A model generated the notes under the pieces. The model saw only the letters and a program-made list of their open reading frames with translations. It made no database searches and was not told where the DNA came from. The translations under genes were made by a program, and so were the position numbers. Of a stretch of DNA of 64,000 nt, positions 51,222 through 60,615 are shown piece by piece (the stretch's first letter is position 1; each line of letters begins with the position of its first letter). This DNA is from a virus, in the IMG/VR virus record IMGVR_UViG_3300002141_000156, positions 32,001 to 96,000 of that record; one strand, written 5' to 3'.

Positions 51222-51411
51222 TGCTCGATTGGCGGTGCGGCTGGGTCAGTCCCTAGATACACTTTATAATTTAGAATACTTGGAATATTCACTACTGCTA
51301 AATATACTTAAAAAAGATATTGAAGCGGCAAATGATACTATATCGCAGGAAACACAAGTCGCTGCTCAACCTATTCGTGTTAATTTACCAGACGGACTAT
51401 CTCTAAAATAA
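51202..51411 (+). CDS. Small hub-associated protein
   Basis: LDTLYNLEYLEYSLLL pattern like the small ORF that follows gp26-like genes. Confidence 0.55.
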   Translation: MNLLELNARLAVRLGQSLDTLYNLEYLEYSLLLNILKKDIEAANDTISQETQVAAQPIRVNLPDGLSLK

Positions 51412-51433
51412 ATAATAAAAAGAATAACTGTCC

Positions 51434-53137
51434 GTGTTAGAAAAGAAAAAAATATTTGTCGACTCCTTTAATAAAAAGGCTGAGGATCTAATCAAACAGT
51501 CAGATGAAAAGATTGCACAATATGCTGCCGCTCGACAAAAAGCAATCAAATTAACTGACCCGATTTCGCTAAGTTTTTCTGATCCAAAGGTATCGTTCTC
51601 AACAGTTGGTGAATTATTTGCATGGGTATATCCTGAAGCTGGCGGATCAGAAAATATGCCCAGTGCATTTACTTCAGTAATTCTTGAAAATCTTGCTGGA
51701 AAGGACAGTCCAGGAAAAGCAGAATATAAAATATTACACAAGAATTTTTATGAGCCAATAAGTCAGTCTCGGTACATACAATTAAAGGAACTTGGCGGAG
51801 AAAAATGGTTCGATAGATTTATGTCATCTGCTCTGTCTAAAATGGCCCAAGTCAAACAAAAAATATCTGACTATAAAACCGGTGCTGATTTTGAGACTGC
51901 GGTCGATGATCTGAGTGAAGGAATGCTTTTAGGAATTGATTTGCCTGGCGGATTAACTGCTCCACTATATGATGCATTTATTGAATCCGGTACTGCTAAA
52001 CCAGAAACTCCAAGCTCTCCAGTAAATGCGACAGAAGCCGCAAAGCCTGCAGGATCTGCACCAATTAATGACACTGCAAACTCTGAGAAGTCTGCACCGG
52101 CATCAACTTTAAATCCAGAAAAATCAGTAACTGCTCCACTAGAAACAACCACCGGCACAGTTACTGCCGGCAAATCAGAATTGCCAAAAGAAGTTGGAAA
52201 GGGCCCAGAAACAGGTGCGCCTGTAGTTGTAGTAAATGTTGAATCTGCAGTTGTAGTAAATGTTGAATCTGCTGCACCAAACTTACTGGCATCGCCGGCA
52301 CCAGCTGCGGCTGCTGCACCATCCATGCCGACCGTCGCTTCGAGCCCAGTAAATTCATCAAAGGAAACAGTAACAAATAACGTAACCAATAATAATACCT
52401 CTGCTGAAAAGAATACGACATCGCCGATTGTTGCAGGTGATGCTATTAAAAAAGTTATTGAACCTACCTCAAAAACTACAAATAAAACTAAAGTTACTGG
52501 GTCAATAATTAATAATTTATCAGAAAGCGATGCACAGCTACTTAAGAATTTTATTGAAGGTGATTCGAATCCAATAACTTCTGCTACAAATTCATCAGTT
52601 TCAAATACAACTACTTCTGCTACAAATTCATCAGTTTCAAATACAACGACTTCTGCTACAAATTCATCAGTTAATGAGATAACCCCAAAAGAAGAAAAAA
52701 TTATTGAAAAAAGTAGTGAATCTAACGCATATGGTGATATTATTGATATTAATAATATTAGCTCAGGTGATGCAGAACTACTTAAGAAGTATGCTGGGTT
52801 TGATGTAAATTCTCCTAAGAAAGATGCTGGAGATAAAACTGGATCGACTGAAGTTGTTAAAACAAAACCAGCATTACCTGCAGTGAAGACACCAGAAGTA
52901 AAAGCTCCATTGCCTGCTGAGCCGATCGATAAAAAGACCGAGCCTGTTACTGCAAAGGAAGTAAAATCTGAATCTTCTGAAACTGAAAGCCCAGCAACAC
53001 CTGCAAGTATGCCTACTGAATATGCTGCTGAACAAACCTCGACTCAAGCATCAATGAATACTGAAGACATTGAGGCTCGCCTGGCTAGAATAGAATATCT
53101 GTTGAGTGGAACACTTGACGTAAAAATAGTTGACTAA
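51434..53137 (+). CDS. Low-complexity Ala/Ser/Thr/Pro-rich late protein (hub/tape-measure-region)
   Basis: Late motif at 51408; disordered middle; C-terminal short coil IEARLARIE. Confidence 0.55.
   Translation: MLEKKKIFVDSFNKKAEDLIKQSDEKIAQYAAARQKAIKLTDPISLSFSDPKVSFSTVGELFAWVYPEAGGSENMPSAFTSVILENLAGKDSPGKAEYKILHKNFYEPISQSRYIQLKELGGEKWFDRFMSSALSKMAQVKQKISDYKTGADFETAVDDLSEGMLLGIDLPGGLTAPLYDAFIESGTAKPETPSSPVNATEAAKPAGSAPINDTANSEKSAPASTLNPEKSVTAPLETTTGTVTAGKSELPKEVGKGPETGAPVVVVNVESAVVVNVESAAPNLLASPAPAAAAAPSMPTVASSPVNSSKETVTNNVTNNNTSAEKNTTSPIVAGDAIKKVIEPTSKTTNKTKVTGSIINNLSESDAQLLKNFIEGDSNPITSATNSSVSNTTTSATNSSVSNTTTSATNSSVNEITPKEEKIIEKSSESNAYGDIIDINNISSGDAELLKKYAGFDVNSPKKDAGDKTGSTEVVKTKPALPAVKTPEVKAPLPAEPIDKKTEPVTAKEVKSESSETESPATPASMPTEYAAEQTSTQASMNTEDIEARLARIEYLLSGTLDVKIVD
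52225..52272 (+). repeat. 24-bp tandem duplication (VVVNVESA x2)
   Basis: AGTTGTAGTAAATGTTGAATCTGC twice. Confidence 0.9.
52577..52672 (+). repeat. 36-bp tandem repeat, about 2.7 copies (TSATNSSVSNTT)
   Basis: ACTTCTGCTACAAATTCATCAGTT begins at 52577, 52613 and 52649. Confidence 0.9.
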
Positions 53138-53376
53138 TGATACCACACCACAATAATGAATTAAGACTTGTGTATTCAACATACGGTCGAATACACGAAG
53201 AAATAGCTGAACTTAATCGGATGGCACAGGATCTTGTAAATAGGCAAGCTGTGCTTAGCCAAGAATTAGAGTATACTCGAAAGGCTGAAAAAATCGTAAT
53301 AAATAAGATAGAAGCAGAGTTAGATCGGACTCTTACGCAAGACGATCTTCTTAAAATAATACAAAACAATGAATAA
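53137..53376 (+). CDS. Small coiled-coil protein
   Basis: Heptad pattern; TAATG coupling. Confidence 0.55.
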   Translation: MIPHHNNELRLVYSTYGRIHEEIAELNRMAQDLVNRQAVLSQELEYTRKAEKIVINKIEAELDRTLTQDDLLKIIQNNE

Positions 53377-54178
53377 AGGCCAGATTATAAATAAAGACAG
53401 GTTTTACCTAATTTCCATTGGAATCCTTATTCTATTATTAATTTTTTTGGCATGGAGACTAGAAGGAATTCGTCAGAATTCAATTGAACAGTCTGATGAA
53501 TTAAAGCGTTCAATTATTGCATCAAATGTTTTAATAAAGGAATCTGAGGGTAGCTATTCTAAATTAGTCGATTATTACAAAAGTGAAAAAGATCTAACTA
53601 CTGAATTAAAAAATTCAAATAAAGATCTGTATAATGCAGTTAAGTCACAAGGCGAAAAAATATTAAGTCTAACATCAACTGTCATTTCACTTAAAGGCTC
53701 AGTTGAGGAAGGATTTGGTAAATTTAATCCAACTGATTCTAATCAAATTGATATTGCACTTAGATATCCAGCAGAAAAGGACCCATTTATTAAGTGGGAC
53801 GGATTTGTAAATAAAAAAACAGCTGCATATCGCGGTAACTGGTCATTTGGTAAATTACCAATACAGATTGTTGTTACCGAAGAGGCGACTGGTTTATGGA
53901 AGCATCGAGTGGTTGGTCCTGACTGGTTACTAATAGATTCACTTCAAGTAAATAGTCTACCTCCAGATAAATATGTGCCAACTATTGATCGCACATTTCA
54001 ACTTATTATTGGAGGAAATTATATGAAGCCAATAATTTCAAATAAGTTTGGATGTATTGGAATTGGAGTCGGCCTAAGTATTGCAAGCAAACATAATATA
54101 ATATTTAGTGCAAATACTAACCAGGAAATAGGCATTGGTTATTACTATAAATTAAAAGCACTCAAAAGAAACAAATAA
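53369..54178 (+). CDS. Membrane-anchored coiled-coil protein with C-terminal amphipathic beta strands (spanin-like candidate)
   Basis: N-terminal TM helix, coil, then GIGVGLS and GIGYYYKL strands. Confidence 0.5.
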   Translation: MNKGQIINKDRFYLISIGILILLLIFLAWRLEGIRQNSIEQSDELKRSIIASNVLIKESEGSYSKLVDYYKSEKDLTTELKNSNKDLYNAVKSQGEKILSLTSTVISLKGSVEEGFGKFNPTDSNQIDIALRYPAEKDPFIKWDGFVNKKTAAYRGNWSFGKLPIQIVVTEEATGLWKHRVVGPDWLLIDSLQVNSLPPDKYVPTIDRTFQLIIGGNYMKPIISNKFGCIGIGVGLSIASKHNIIFSANTNQEIGIGYYYKLKALKRNK

Positions 54179-54181
54179 GAA

Positions 54182-56182
54182 ATGAGAAAAAGTAGATTTG
54201 TAAATTTAACAGCATATTGTATTGTCGAATACATGTTTGACCAACTTGGGTCATTAGATTTTTATACAGATTCATTTGTATTACTTCAAAATAATCATAC
54301 TGATTCACACCAAATCTTAAATAGTGATAGTTCATTTTCATCTACTAAGAATATCCAAGACTTAACAGTTATTCCGCTTGGCAACAATACATTTGCATAT
54401 TTAGATAGTGAGAAGATACCAGATTATTTAGCATACGACACGGAAATCACACAGACCCCAATAACTGGATATAATGTTGTGATGGATCAAGTCAGATTTC
54501 ATTTTGTTGCAGGTTTCGAGTTTGATAATTTTAAAGCACTAATTCTAAGTATTAAACACTCAGAAAATGACGGCAAATCAAATGTTTTTGCAAATATCCT
54601 ACTTGCACCTGAAACAATCGCTCAATTAATTAGTTTTAATCCAAAACCATTATTTTTAGCAAATGCAACATATGATCGATACATTGATCTTATGGTTCCA
54701 TCAATTAAGAATATTAACGAAGACTACAAAACATCGCCAGTCCCAGCATCAACATTTGTTGCGGCAATTACTCCAAATACGATCGGGTCAACTGGATTTA
54801 TCTATAACAATCAAATCTCGATTGGTCTAGGAGAATGTGGAAGACGTAAGCCGATGTACACAAACGCTGGCGTAACATATGATACGTTTGAAGTAACTGA
54901 ATATTTTGAAGCACAACTTTCACAAAGCAATGAATTTGACAATGTTGGTGCATATGTCAATGAGTCAATAGACGGTGATTTTATCGAATTCTATATGACA
55001 TTTAACGCCGGTTTCCCATCTGATTTAATTAGCATCCTAAATCAAAGAAATCCAGCAAACGACTGGATTATTATCCATCAAATTAGTGTATTTGAACAAG
55101 TAGGCACAGGTTTCAATAATACTGCTCGATTCGTCTTCTTCCAAGAGGAAAGATTTGATGAACCAAATACATTTAGACCAGTATTACGAAATGCGAATGA
55201 AGCAGTAAGTATGTCAATCGATTATTTAGCACGATTAACGAACCGGTTAAATGGTGAGCAAATTATTCGCGAAGCGTCATTCTCATTGGTTTCTCCAAAG
55301 AAATATGGTAAGAAACTAATCACAATGCCATTACAAGATAAGCCGCAATCCCAAAAAGTTTACAATAAAATTATCAAGAAGAGCTTTGAGGCAAGTAAAT
55401 TATTTAGTGAGCCTAAGATGAATACTACTATTCCGGCATCAATTAATCCTGTGAGTACTGTTGTTCAGACTGAATATGTGCCGATCTTTTTTAATAATAG
55501 TAGCATATCAGTATCGAATGTAAGTTCTCTAATTAAAACCAAAGATTCCCTAGAAGAAGTAATCTTCTCCCAAGGAAAACTTAGATTTATTCTTTCGCCA
55601 TTTGATAATATTATCAAATTGAAAGTATACACGACAAATAGCTCAAGTAGTAAAGTTACACAAGTTCCATTGGACTTAAATATAAATTCTGCAAAATATC
55701 GGTTGGTATTTGAAACAGACAGCGGTAAAGTGCCTATTACAAACATGAATAATGCCAAGATTGAAAATTTGTCAACTGGTGTAATTGCATTTACTGTTTC
55801 AAAAAAAGATAGCGAGACTATTTTGCAAGCACAAAACCGGACAGCCTATCTAATATCTGTTGGACAGGATGGAACTGAGACCTTAATTTATACTGGAGAG
55901 TGGAGAAAAGCGACTGAACAGTCAGATATCGACCTTGCAATTGCTACTGCAAAAGAAGAAGGAAATGCCTTGGCGCAGCTTCAATCTACCTTAAATGAGA
56001 TTAAAGCACAGACGTTAGTCAAAGATACAGCATCTAGTGTTATTCCGAATACTATAATTAAGAAGACCGCAGTCGCGCCAGTCGTTAATAAATTTGGAGT
56101 ACCATTACCACAAAGGGTTTCCCCAAATTCAGCAAATGCTGGAAGAGGGTCAAGTTCAGAAGCGGGTGTCGGAAAAGGGTAA
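54182..56182 (+). CDS. Large virion structural protein
   Basis: 666-aa beta-rich ORF in the late cluster. Confidence 0.55.
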   Translation: MRKSRFVNLTAYCIVEYMFDQLGSLDFYTDSFVLLQNNHTDSHQILNSDSSFSSTKNIQDLTVIPLGNNTFAYLDSEKIPDYLAYDTEITQTPITGYNVVMDQVRFHFVAGFEFDNFKALILSIKHSENDGKSNVFANILLAPETIAQLISFNPKPLFLANATYDRYIDLMVPSIKNINEDYKTSPVPASTFVAAITPNTIGSTGFIYNNQISIGLGECGRRKPMYTNAGVTYDTFEVTEYFEAQLSQSNEFDNVGAYVNESIDGDFIEFYMTFNAGFPSDLISILNQRNPANDWIIIHQISVFEQVGTGFNNTARFVFFQEERFDEPNTFRPVLRNANEAVSMSIDYLARLTNRLNGEQIIREASFSLVSPKKYGKKLITMPLQDKPQSQKVYNKIIKKSFEASKLFSEPKMNTTIPASINPVSTVVQTEYVPIFFNNSSISVSNVSSLIKTKDSLEEVIFSQGKLRFILSPFDNIIKLKVYTTNSSSSKVTQVPLDLNINSAKYRLVFETDSGKVPITNMNNAKIENLSTGVIAFTVSKKDSETILQAQNRTAYLISVGQDGTETLIYTGEWRKATEQSDIDLAIATAKEEGNALAQLQSTLNEIKAQTLVKDTASSVIPNTIIKKTAVAPVVNKFGVPLPQRVSPNSANAGRGSSSEAGVGKG

Positions 56183-56252
56183 CTAGCTCCTGGAAATTAT
56201 GAATATCTGCTCTAAAAGTCAGATAAATAAACTAAAATAAATCATTACCAAA

Positions 56253-57851
56253 ATGAACGAATTCTTGCAAAAAATGCTAGCCGAACTCAATTCTAATAAG
56301 TCTGTGAGCTCTGAGCCGTTAGTAAAGATGATAGTTGAATCAGCAAATAAATCGATTGCATTAGGAGAAAACGTTGCGCTGGTTAGTGCAAATCTTAAAA
56401 CTGGACTAGCATATATCAACGAAACTATTAAAAATCCTGCGCTAAGTACACTATTAACTAAATTTAACGAGAGTGCAAACACACCAGAGGCAAAAGTTAC
56501 AGCTATTGCAAAAGAAGTAAATCTTTTAGCTAAAATTACTTTACTTAAGGAATCTAACGCATATAGTAATCCATTAGTTAAAACTAAGATTGATTCGTTT
56601 GAATCATATTTGAACAAAGGTGCAGTGGATTTTGCAGTCTGTGTATCATTTATTAACATGTTCGAACAATATAATTACGATGTAACCATTAAAAAATGTG
56701 TTGCTTCTGTAAAAAAATACGTAAATGAAAACCAATCAAAACTTGCAGTATTGAATACAATCTATCAAATGGATTCATTAAATTCTCCAGTTTATGCGGG
56801 TGTAAGTTCTGACTTAAAGAGTATGCTGATTAATGAAAGCTATACCGCGGATATCCTTAAGGTTAAATATGGAACGTCTGTTCCCGCTGTCTCTACATTA
56901 ATTAATGATCTTTTAATTATTGAATCAACTCAAACTGGAAACTTTACTCTAGGTGAAGGTAATTTCGATACTAAGATAAGCAATCTAATTTCTCCAGCAA
57001 TACAGACGGCCGATGGATTACTTGTTTATACAGACAATCGATTCTTATCAATTCGTGAAGCTAGTGGATTACTTGGAAATGAATCAAAAGTTCACTTAGA
57101 TGGAGCATTTAAAATTGCAGAGGTTGACCCAAATTATGTAAAAACAGCATATGGTAATTTCTACGATCTTTGTGAAGCATATGCAACTCTAGGTTTTGCT
57201 AAATCTGACGACGGTCTTGGTGTTGAATCAAAATCAATTAGAAACTTTAAACTTGGTTTCAAAGTAAACGAAGAAAAAGGAGTTGACTTGTATGTAAATG
57301 GCTCAAAGGTCGGAACTCCAAATGCAGTAAATGTATCTGAAGCTCTAGCATTAGAGAACAATATCGTTAAAACAAAAGTTTCAAAGATTATTGAAAATAC
57401 AAATTGTCTATTCAACTTTGATTTTATTAAAGAAATTTCAAATGATAGAACAATGGCAGAAGCTGTACTTGTTAAATTAAATGACAAATATTTTATCTGT
57501 GAAAAAGTAAATACTTCTGATCGAGTATGGAATGAAGTTAATGAACTTGAAATGTTTGAGTTCTTTAAAAATAAATTCAACTATGACATTAGCCCTATTT
57601 TTGGAACTGAAATTAACAAAGAAGTTGCTAAGATTATGCAGATTGAAGAAAAGAAACGTGATATTCTAGCAAATATAGAAAAATTAGAAGGATCAGCTAA
57701 GAAATTAACTGAATCTTGTGCAAATACTGATCTTAACGCGCAAAGCATCAACAAACTTGAAGACATTAGAGAATCTGTTGAAAAAACAATCAATAATTTA
57801 AAAGAAGAATTTATCCGAATTGATCTATTAAAAAAAAAGGAACTAGCGTAA
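56253..57851 (+). CDS. Prohead core/scaffold-like protein
   Basis: Helical; many hydrophobic-X-E|S/A sites (IVES, FNES, LKES, INES, IIES, LTES, IRES) like T4 gp21 cleavage sites; late motif at 56223. Confidence 0.55.
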   Translation: MNEFLQKMLAELNSNKSVSSEPLVKMIVESANKSIALGENVALVSANLKTGLAYINETIKNPALSTLLTKFNESANTPEAKVTAIAKEVNLLAKITLLKESNAYSNPLVKTKIDSFESYLNKGAVDFAVCVSFINMFEQYNYDVTIKKCVASVKKYVNENQSKLAVLNTIYQMDSLNSPVYAGVSSDLKSMLINESYTADILKVKYGTSVPAVSTLINDLLIIESTQTGNFTLGEGNFDTKISNLISPAIQTADGLLVYTDNRFLSIREASGLLGNESKVHLDGAFKIAEVDPNYVKTAYGNFYDLCEAYATLGFAKSDDGLGVESKSIRNFKLGFKVNEEKGVDLYVNGSKVGTPNAVNVSEALALENNIVKTKVSKIIENTNCLFNFDFIKEISNDRTMAEAVLVKLNDKYFICEKVNTSDRVWNEVNELEMFEFFKNKFNYDISPIFGTEINKEVAKIMQIEEKKRDILANIEKLEGSAKKLTESCANTDLNAQSINKLEDIRESVEKTINNLKEEFIRIDLLKKKELA

Positions 57852-58096
57852 ACGAAGGTAAAGCAAAAGAGCGCAAATTTAAAACTGGCGATCCAGTCGA
57901 AGTAAAAGGAAAACTTGGTAAAGTAATTGGAGTAAATGGAATAACTGGTGAATACATAGTAATGTGTGGCTCAAAAAGTGAACGATATCCAGAATCAGAA
58001 GTACATACGATCGCTCCTACTAAAAAGAAAAGCTCAAAAACAGACAATATAACTCGAAAGACTCGACCTAAAGAAAAATCACTTAATGTATTATAA
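57830..58096 (+). CDS. -1 frame extension of the 56253 protein (KOW/SH3-like domain plus basic tail)
   Basis: Frame open from 57824 to TAA 58096 with no start codon before the domain; entered via the A9G run: KKKGTSVNEGKAKERKFKTGDPVEVKGKLGKVIGVNG... Confidence 0.7.
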   Translation, partial: KKKGTSVNEGKAKERKFKTGDPVEVKGKLGKVIGVNGITGEYIVMCGSKSERYPESEVHTIAPTKKKSSKTDNITRKTRPKEKSLNVL

Positions 58097-58100
58097 AATA

Positions 58101-58126
58101 AAAAAGGAGCAAAATGCTCCTTTTTT
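58101..58126 (+). terminator. Intrinsic terminator
   Basis: AAAAAGGAGCA-AAA-TGCTCCTTTTTT. Confidence 0.85.
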
Positions 58127-58289
58127 ATTTTAGATTAGCCAGAAAGATAGTATATTAGTTTCATGAAAAGACTATTATTAAGAACACTGTACGTGCTTAT
58201 AATATGTAAAGTAAAACACATTAAATATGTAAAATAATCAAAACTGATTTGTGCTACACAGTACAATAAGTAAACACTTAATTTTTAAT

Positions 58290-59111
58290 ATGGACACTAG
58301 AATAGATTTTACAACTGCCAAAAAATTTGACCAACTTGAATTAGTTGATTGGAAAACCAAATACTCTGATTTTAAATTTTATGTTAGAAAAGGACTTAAT
58401 GAAGTCAAGTATAATGTAGGAACAAATGTTTCAAAAAGTCCAAACAGTGGCGAGTATATTAAACCGTTTGTTTCAGAAAGAATGGGAGCACCGTTAAACG
58501 TAAACCATTCACTTAACCGTGAAGATACATGGTTAGACATTGGTGGTCACTTAGGATTCTTTGCAATTCGTATGGCAAAACAGTTCCCAAAGATCAAAAA
58601 AATTATTTCATATGAAGCTCTTCCACATAATGTAAGTTTTGCATTGGAGAACGTGAAAGTAAATAGTGTTGAAGGAACCTGTGAATTTGTACAAAAAGCA
58701 ATTGTTCCAAATCATGAGCCAGACATCAGCTTTTTTATCTCATCTGACTCTGGAAAACATTCAATCCTTCCAGTAAAAGGTCGTGAGGTAATTACGGTTC
58801 CGGCAATCAATATTAATGATGCAATTACAAGTTCTGGCGCAACTGCCATAAAAATGGATGTTGAAGGTGCTGAATATGAATTAATTAAATCAGTCAAAGA
58901 CTGGTCACCTATTCGATTAGTAATTGTGGAATGGCATTTTAACTCAATGCGATCCCTAACTAAGGACAAAAATTACCGAGTTACTCTATACCAAGAAATC
59001 ATGAACATCTTTAAAAATGCAGGGTTTGATATTATTCGCGGATTACCAAATGTTGAATATGGTAAGAATTTTATCACTCACTTTATCGCGATGAAATCGG
59101 ATGAGAAATAG
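58290..59111 (+). CDS. FkbM-family SAM-dependent methyltransferase
   Basis: WLDIGGHLGFF, SYEA.P.N, IKMDVEGAEY and VEWH; start ATG 58290. Confidence 0.9.
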   Translation: MDTRIDFTTAKKFDQLELVDWKTKYSDFKFYVRKGLNEVKYNVGTNVSKSPNSGEYIKPFVSERMGAPLNVNHSLNREDTWLDIGGHLGFFAIRMAKQFPKIKKIISYEALPHNVSFALENVKVNSVEGTCEFVQKAIVPNHEPDISFFISSDSGKHSILPVKGREVITVPAININDAITSSGATAIKMDVEGAEYELIKSVKDWSPIRLVIVEWHFNSMRSLTKDKNYRVTLYQEIMNIFKNAGFDIIRGLPNVEYGKNFITHFIAMKSDEK

Positions 59112-59538
59112 TCCATATAATTTACTACAAGAAATATACAACGAGCATCCATGGAGGATGCTCGTTTGTTGTATTATGTTAAATTGTACTTCTAGAAAAC
59201 AGGTCGATGTGATTCGTGAAGAATTTTTTAGGCGATATCCAACTGCTCTTGAAGCAGGTGCAGCCGATTCAACTGAGATGGCAGATCTTCTTGCGTCATT
59301 AGGCTTTAAGAATAGGCGAACCAATACGATTCGTCGATTCTCGATAGACTGGATGACCCTAGATTGGTCTGAACCTAGTGAATTATATGGAATAGGTAAG
59401 TATGCACAAGATTCCTGGGAGATATTCCAGAAAGGAAACCTGACCGTTACTCCGACTGATGGAGTATTAAATACGTATTTGGCTTGGGTCAAGCGACCTG
59501 AAAATCTAATAAAACCAGTTAACTTAAAATCAATATAA
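59101..59538 (+). CDS. MBD4-like HhH-GPD DNA glycosylase
   Basis: LLQE...PWRMLVCCIMLNCT, LG...RR, ELYGIGKYAQDSW.IF and PTD..L..YL.W, matching the MBD4 glycosylase domain. Confidence 0.88.
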   Translation: MRNSPYNLLQEIYNEHPWRMLVCCIMLNCTSRKQVDVIREEFFRRYPTALEAGAADSTEMADLLASLGFKNRRTNTIRRFSIDWMTLDWSEPSELYGIGKYAQDSWEIFQKGNLTVTPTDGVLNTYLAWVKRPENLIKPVNLKSI

Positions 59539-59544
59539 CAGAAT

Positions 59545-60615
59545 ATGAAAGCACTATATGCATATTTTGGCCTAATTGACCTACACACAATTGACTCGCC
59601 AGGACATTCACTGTATCAATTAGGATTAATCGACTCGATTAGAGTATCATATGGAGTCGAAAAATTTGACTTCTATTCATATTACCCAAAGGAATTACAG
59701 GCTAGTGAAATCTCAAAGGATATTCAATTTCCAGACACTGCTCTTGGAAAAGTATTTGCTAAATATCGAACTGACTTGTTTGATGACTATGGAATATTAT
59801 TTGATGTAGTATTGGATAGAATTCGCAATAAGAAATATTCACAGATATATCTTAAAGCAAGATTTAGAAATATCTCAACTCTTACTAAAAAATGGAAAGA
59901 TGCTAGTAATTTCGAAGAGATTATTGATACTGCAATTACTTCCGGTTATACTAAGGAAAATATTATAATACTTGATACAGATCTTTCGTTGCCTCCATCA
60001 TTCTATAAAAAATATGGAGATGTCTTAACTATCAGCATTCCATCAATTGATTTTCCTGGAGTCTCAAGTCGCTTTTTATCAGAGTGTGTTGCCTTGCATA
60101 AAGAAAATTATACAAAAGAGAAAGTATCTGTATTCTATGGAAATATTGATACCTCTAACTATAAAAGTGGAAATTCCAAGAGTGAAATGTTGCCTGCGAT
60201 ATTAAATTGGCTTGCATCAGCCGATACTCGGAATTCAAATGCTATTCAATTAATTGTTATTGGAAAATCAAAAGATTTGGAAAGTCTTCCTTCTGGCGTT
60301 CAAGTAGTATATCGAAACCTACGGCAGGCGGTATGGTCAACACTTGAAAAATATTTAGTAATGATTAATGTTACTAAAGAGAAATACGACGAGCGTCGAT
60401 TTATTCCAGCTAGGATATATGAAGCGATGATTTTTGGAATGATTCCAGTTTCATATAAATTTTCATTCTTAAGTGAAACATTTTCTTTTAATAATATTGA
60501 TGATTTACGTGAAATTATTATTTACTTAAATGAGTGTGACCAGGACGACTTGAAAAAAGCATACTTAAATTTCATTAATTCCTACACTAACTACTGTGAA
60601 AACACATATGGATAA
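59545..60615 (+). CDS. GT-B glycosyltransferase, T4 beta-glucosyltransferase-like
   Basis: VFYGN...YKSG and IPARIYEAM..G.IPV resemble BGT YGGSFRSG and TLRVWE. Confidence 0.6.
   Translation: MKALYAYFGLIDLHTIDSPGHSLYQLGLIDSIRVSYGVEKFDFYSYYPKELQASEISKDIQFPDTALGKVFAKYRTDLFDDYGILFDVVLDRIRNKKYSQIYLKARFRNISTLTKKWKDASNFEEIIDTAITSGYTKENIIILDTDLSLPPSFYKKYGDVLTISIPSIDFPGVSSRFLSECVALHKENYTKEKVSVFYGNIDTSNYKSGNSKSEMLPAILNWLASADTRNSNAIQLIVIGKSKDLESLPSGVQVVYRNLRQAVWSTLEKYLVMINVTKEKYDERRFIPARIYEAMIFGMIPVSYKFSFLSETFSFNNIDDLREIIIYLNECDQDDLKKAYLNFINSYTNYCENTYG

Noticed and set aside
51434-53137. Canonical tape-measure protein
   Set aside because: Position is suggestive, but it is short, Pro/Ser/Thr-rich and lacks the long helical repeat pattern; left unassigned.
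58163-58237. 24-aa ORF MKRLLLRTLYVLIICKVKHIKYVK
   Set aside because: Too short, with no supporting motif; may be chance in an AT-rich promoter region.
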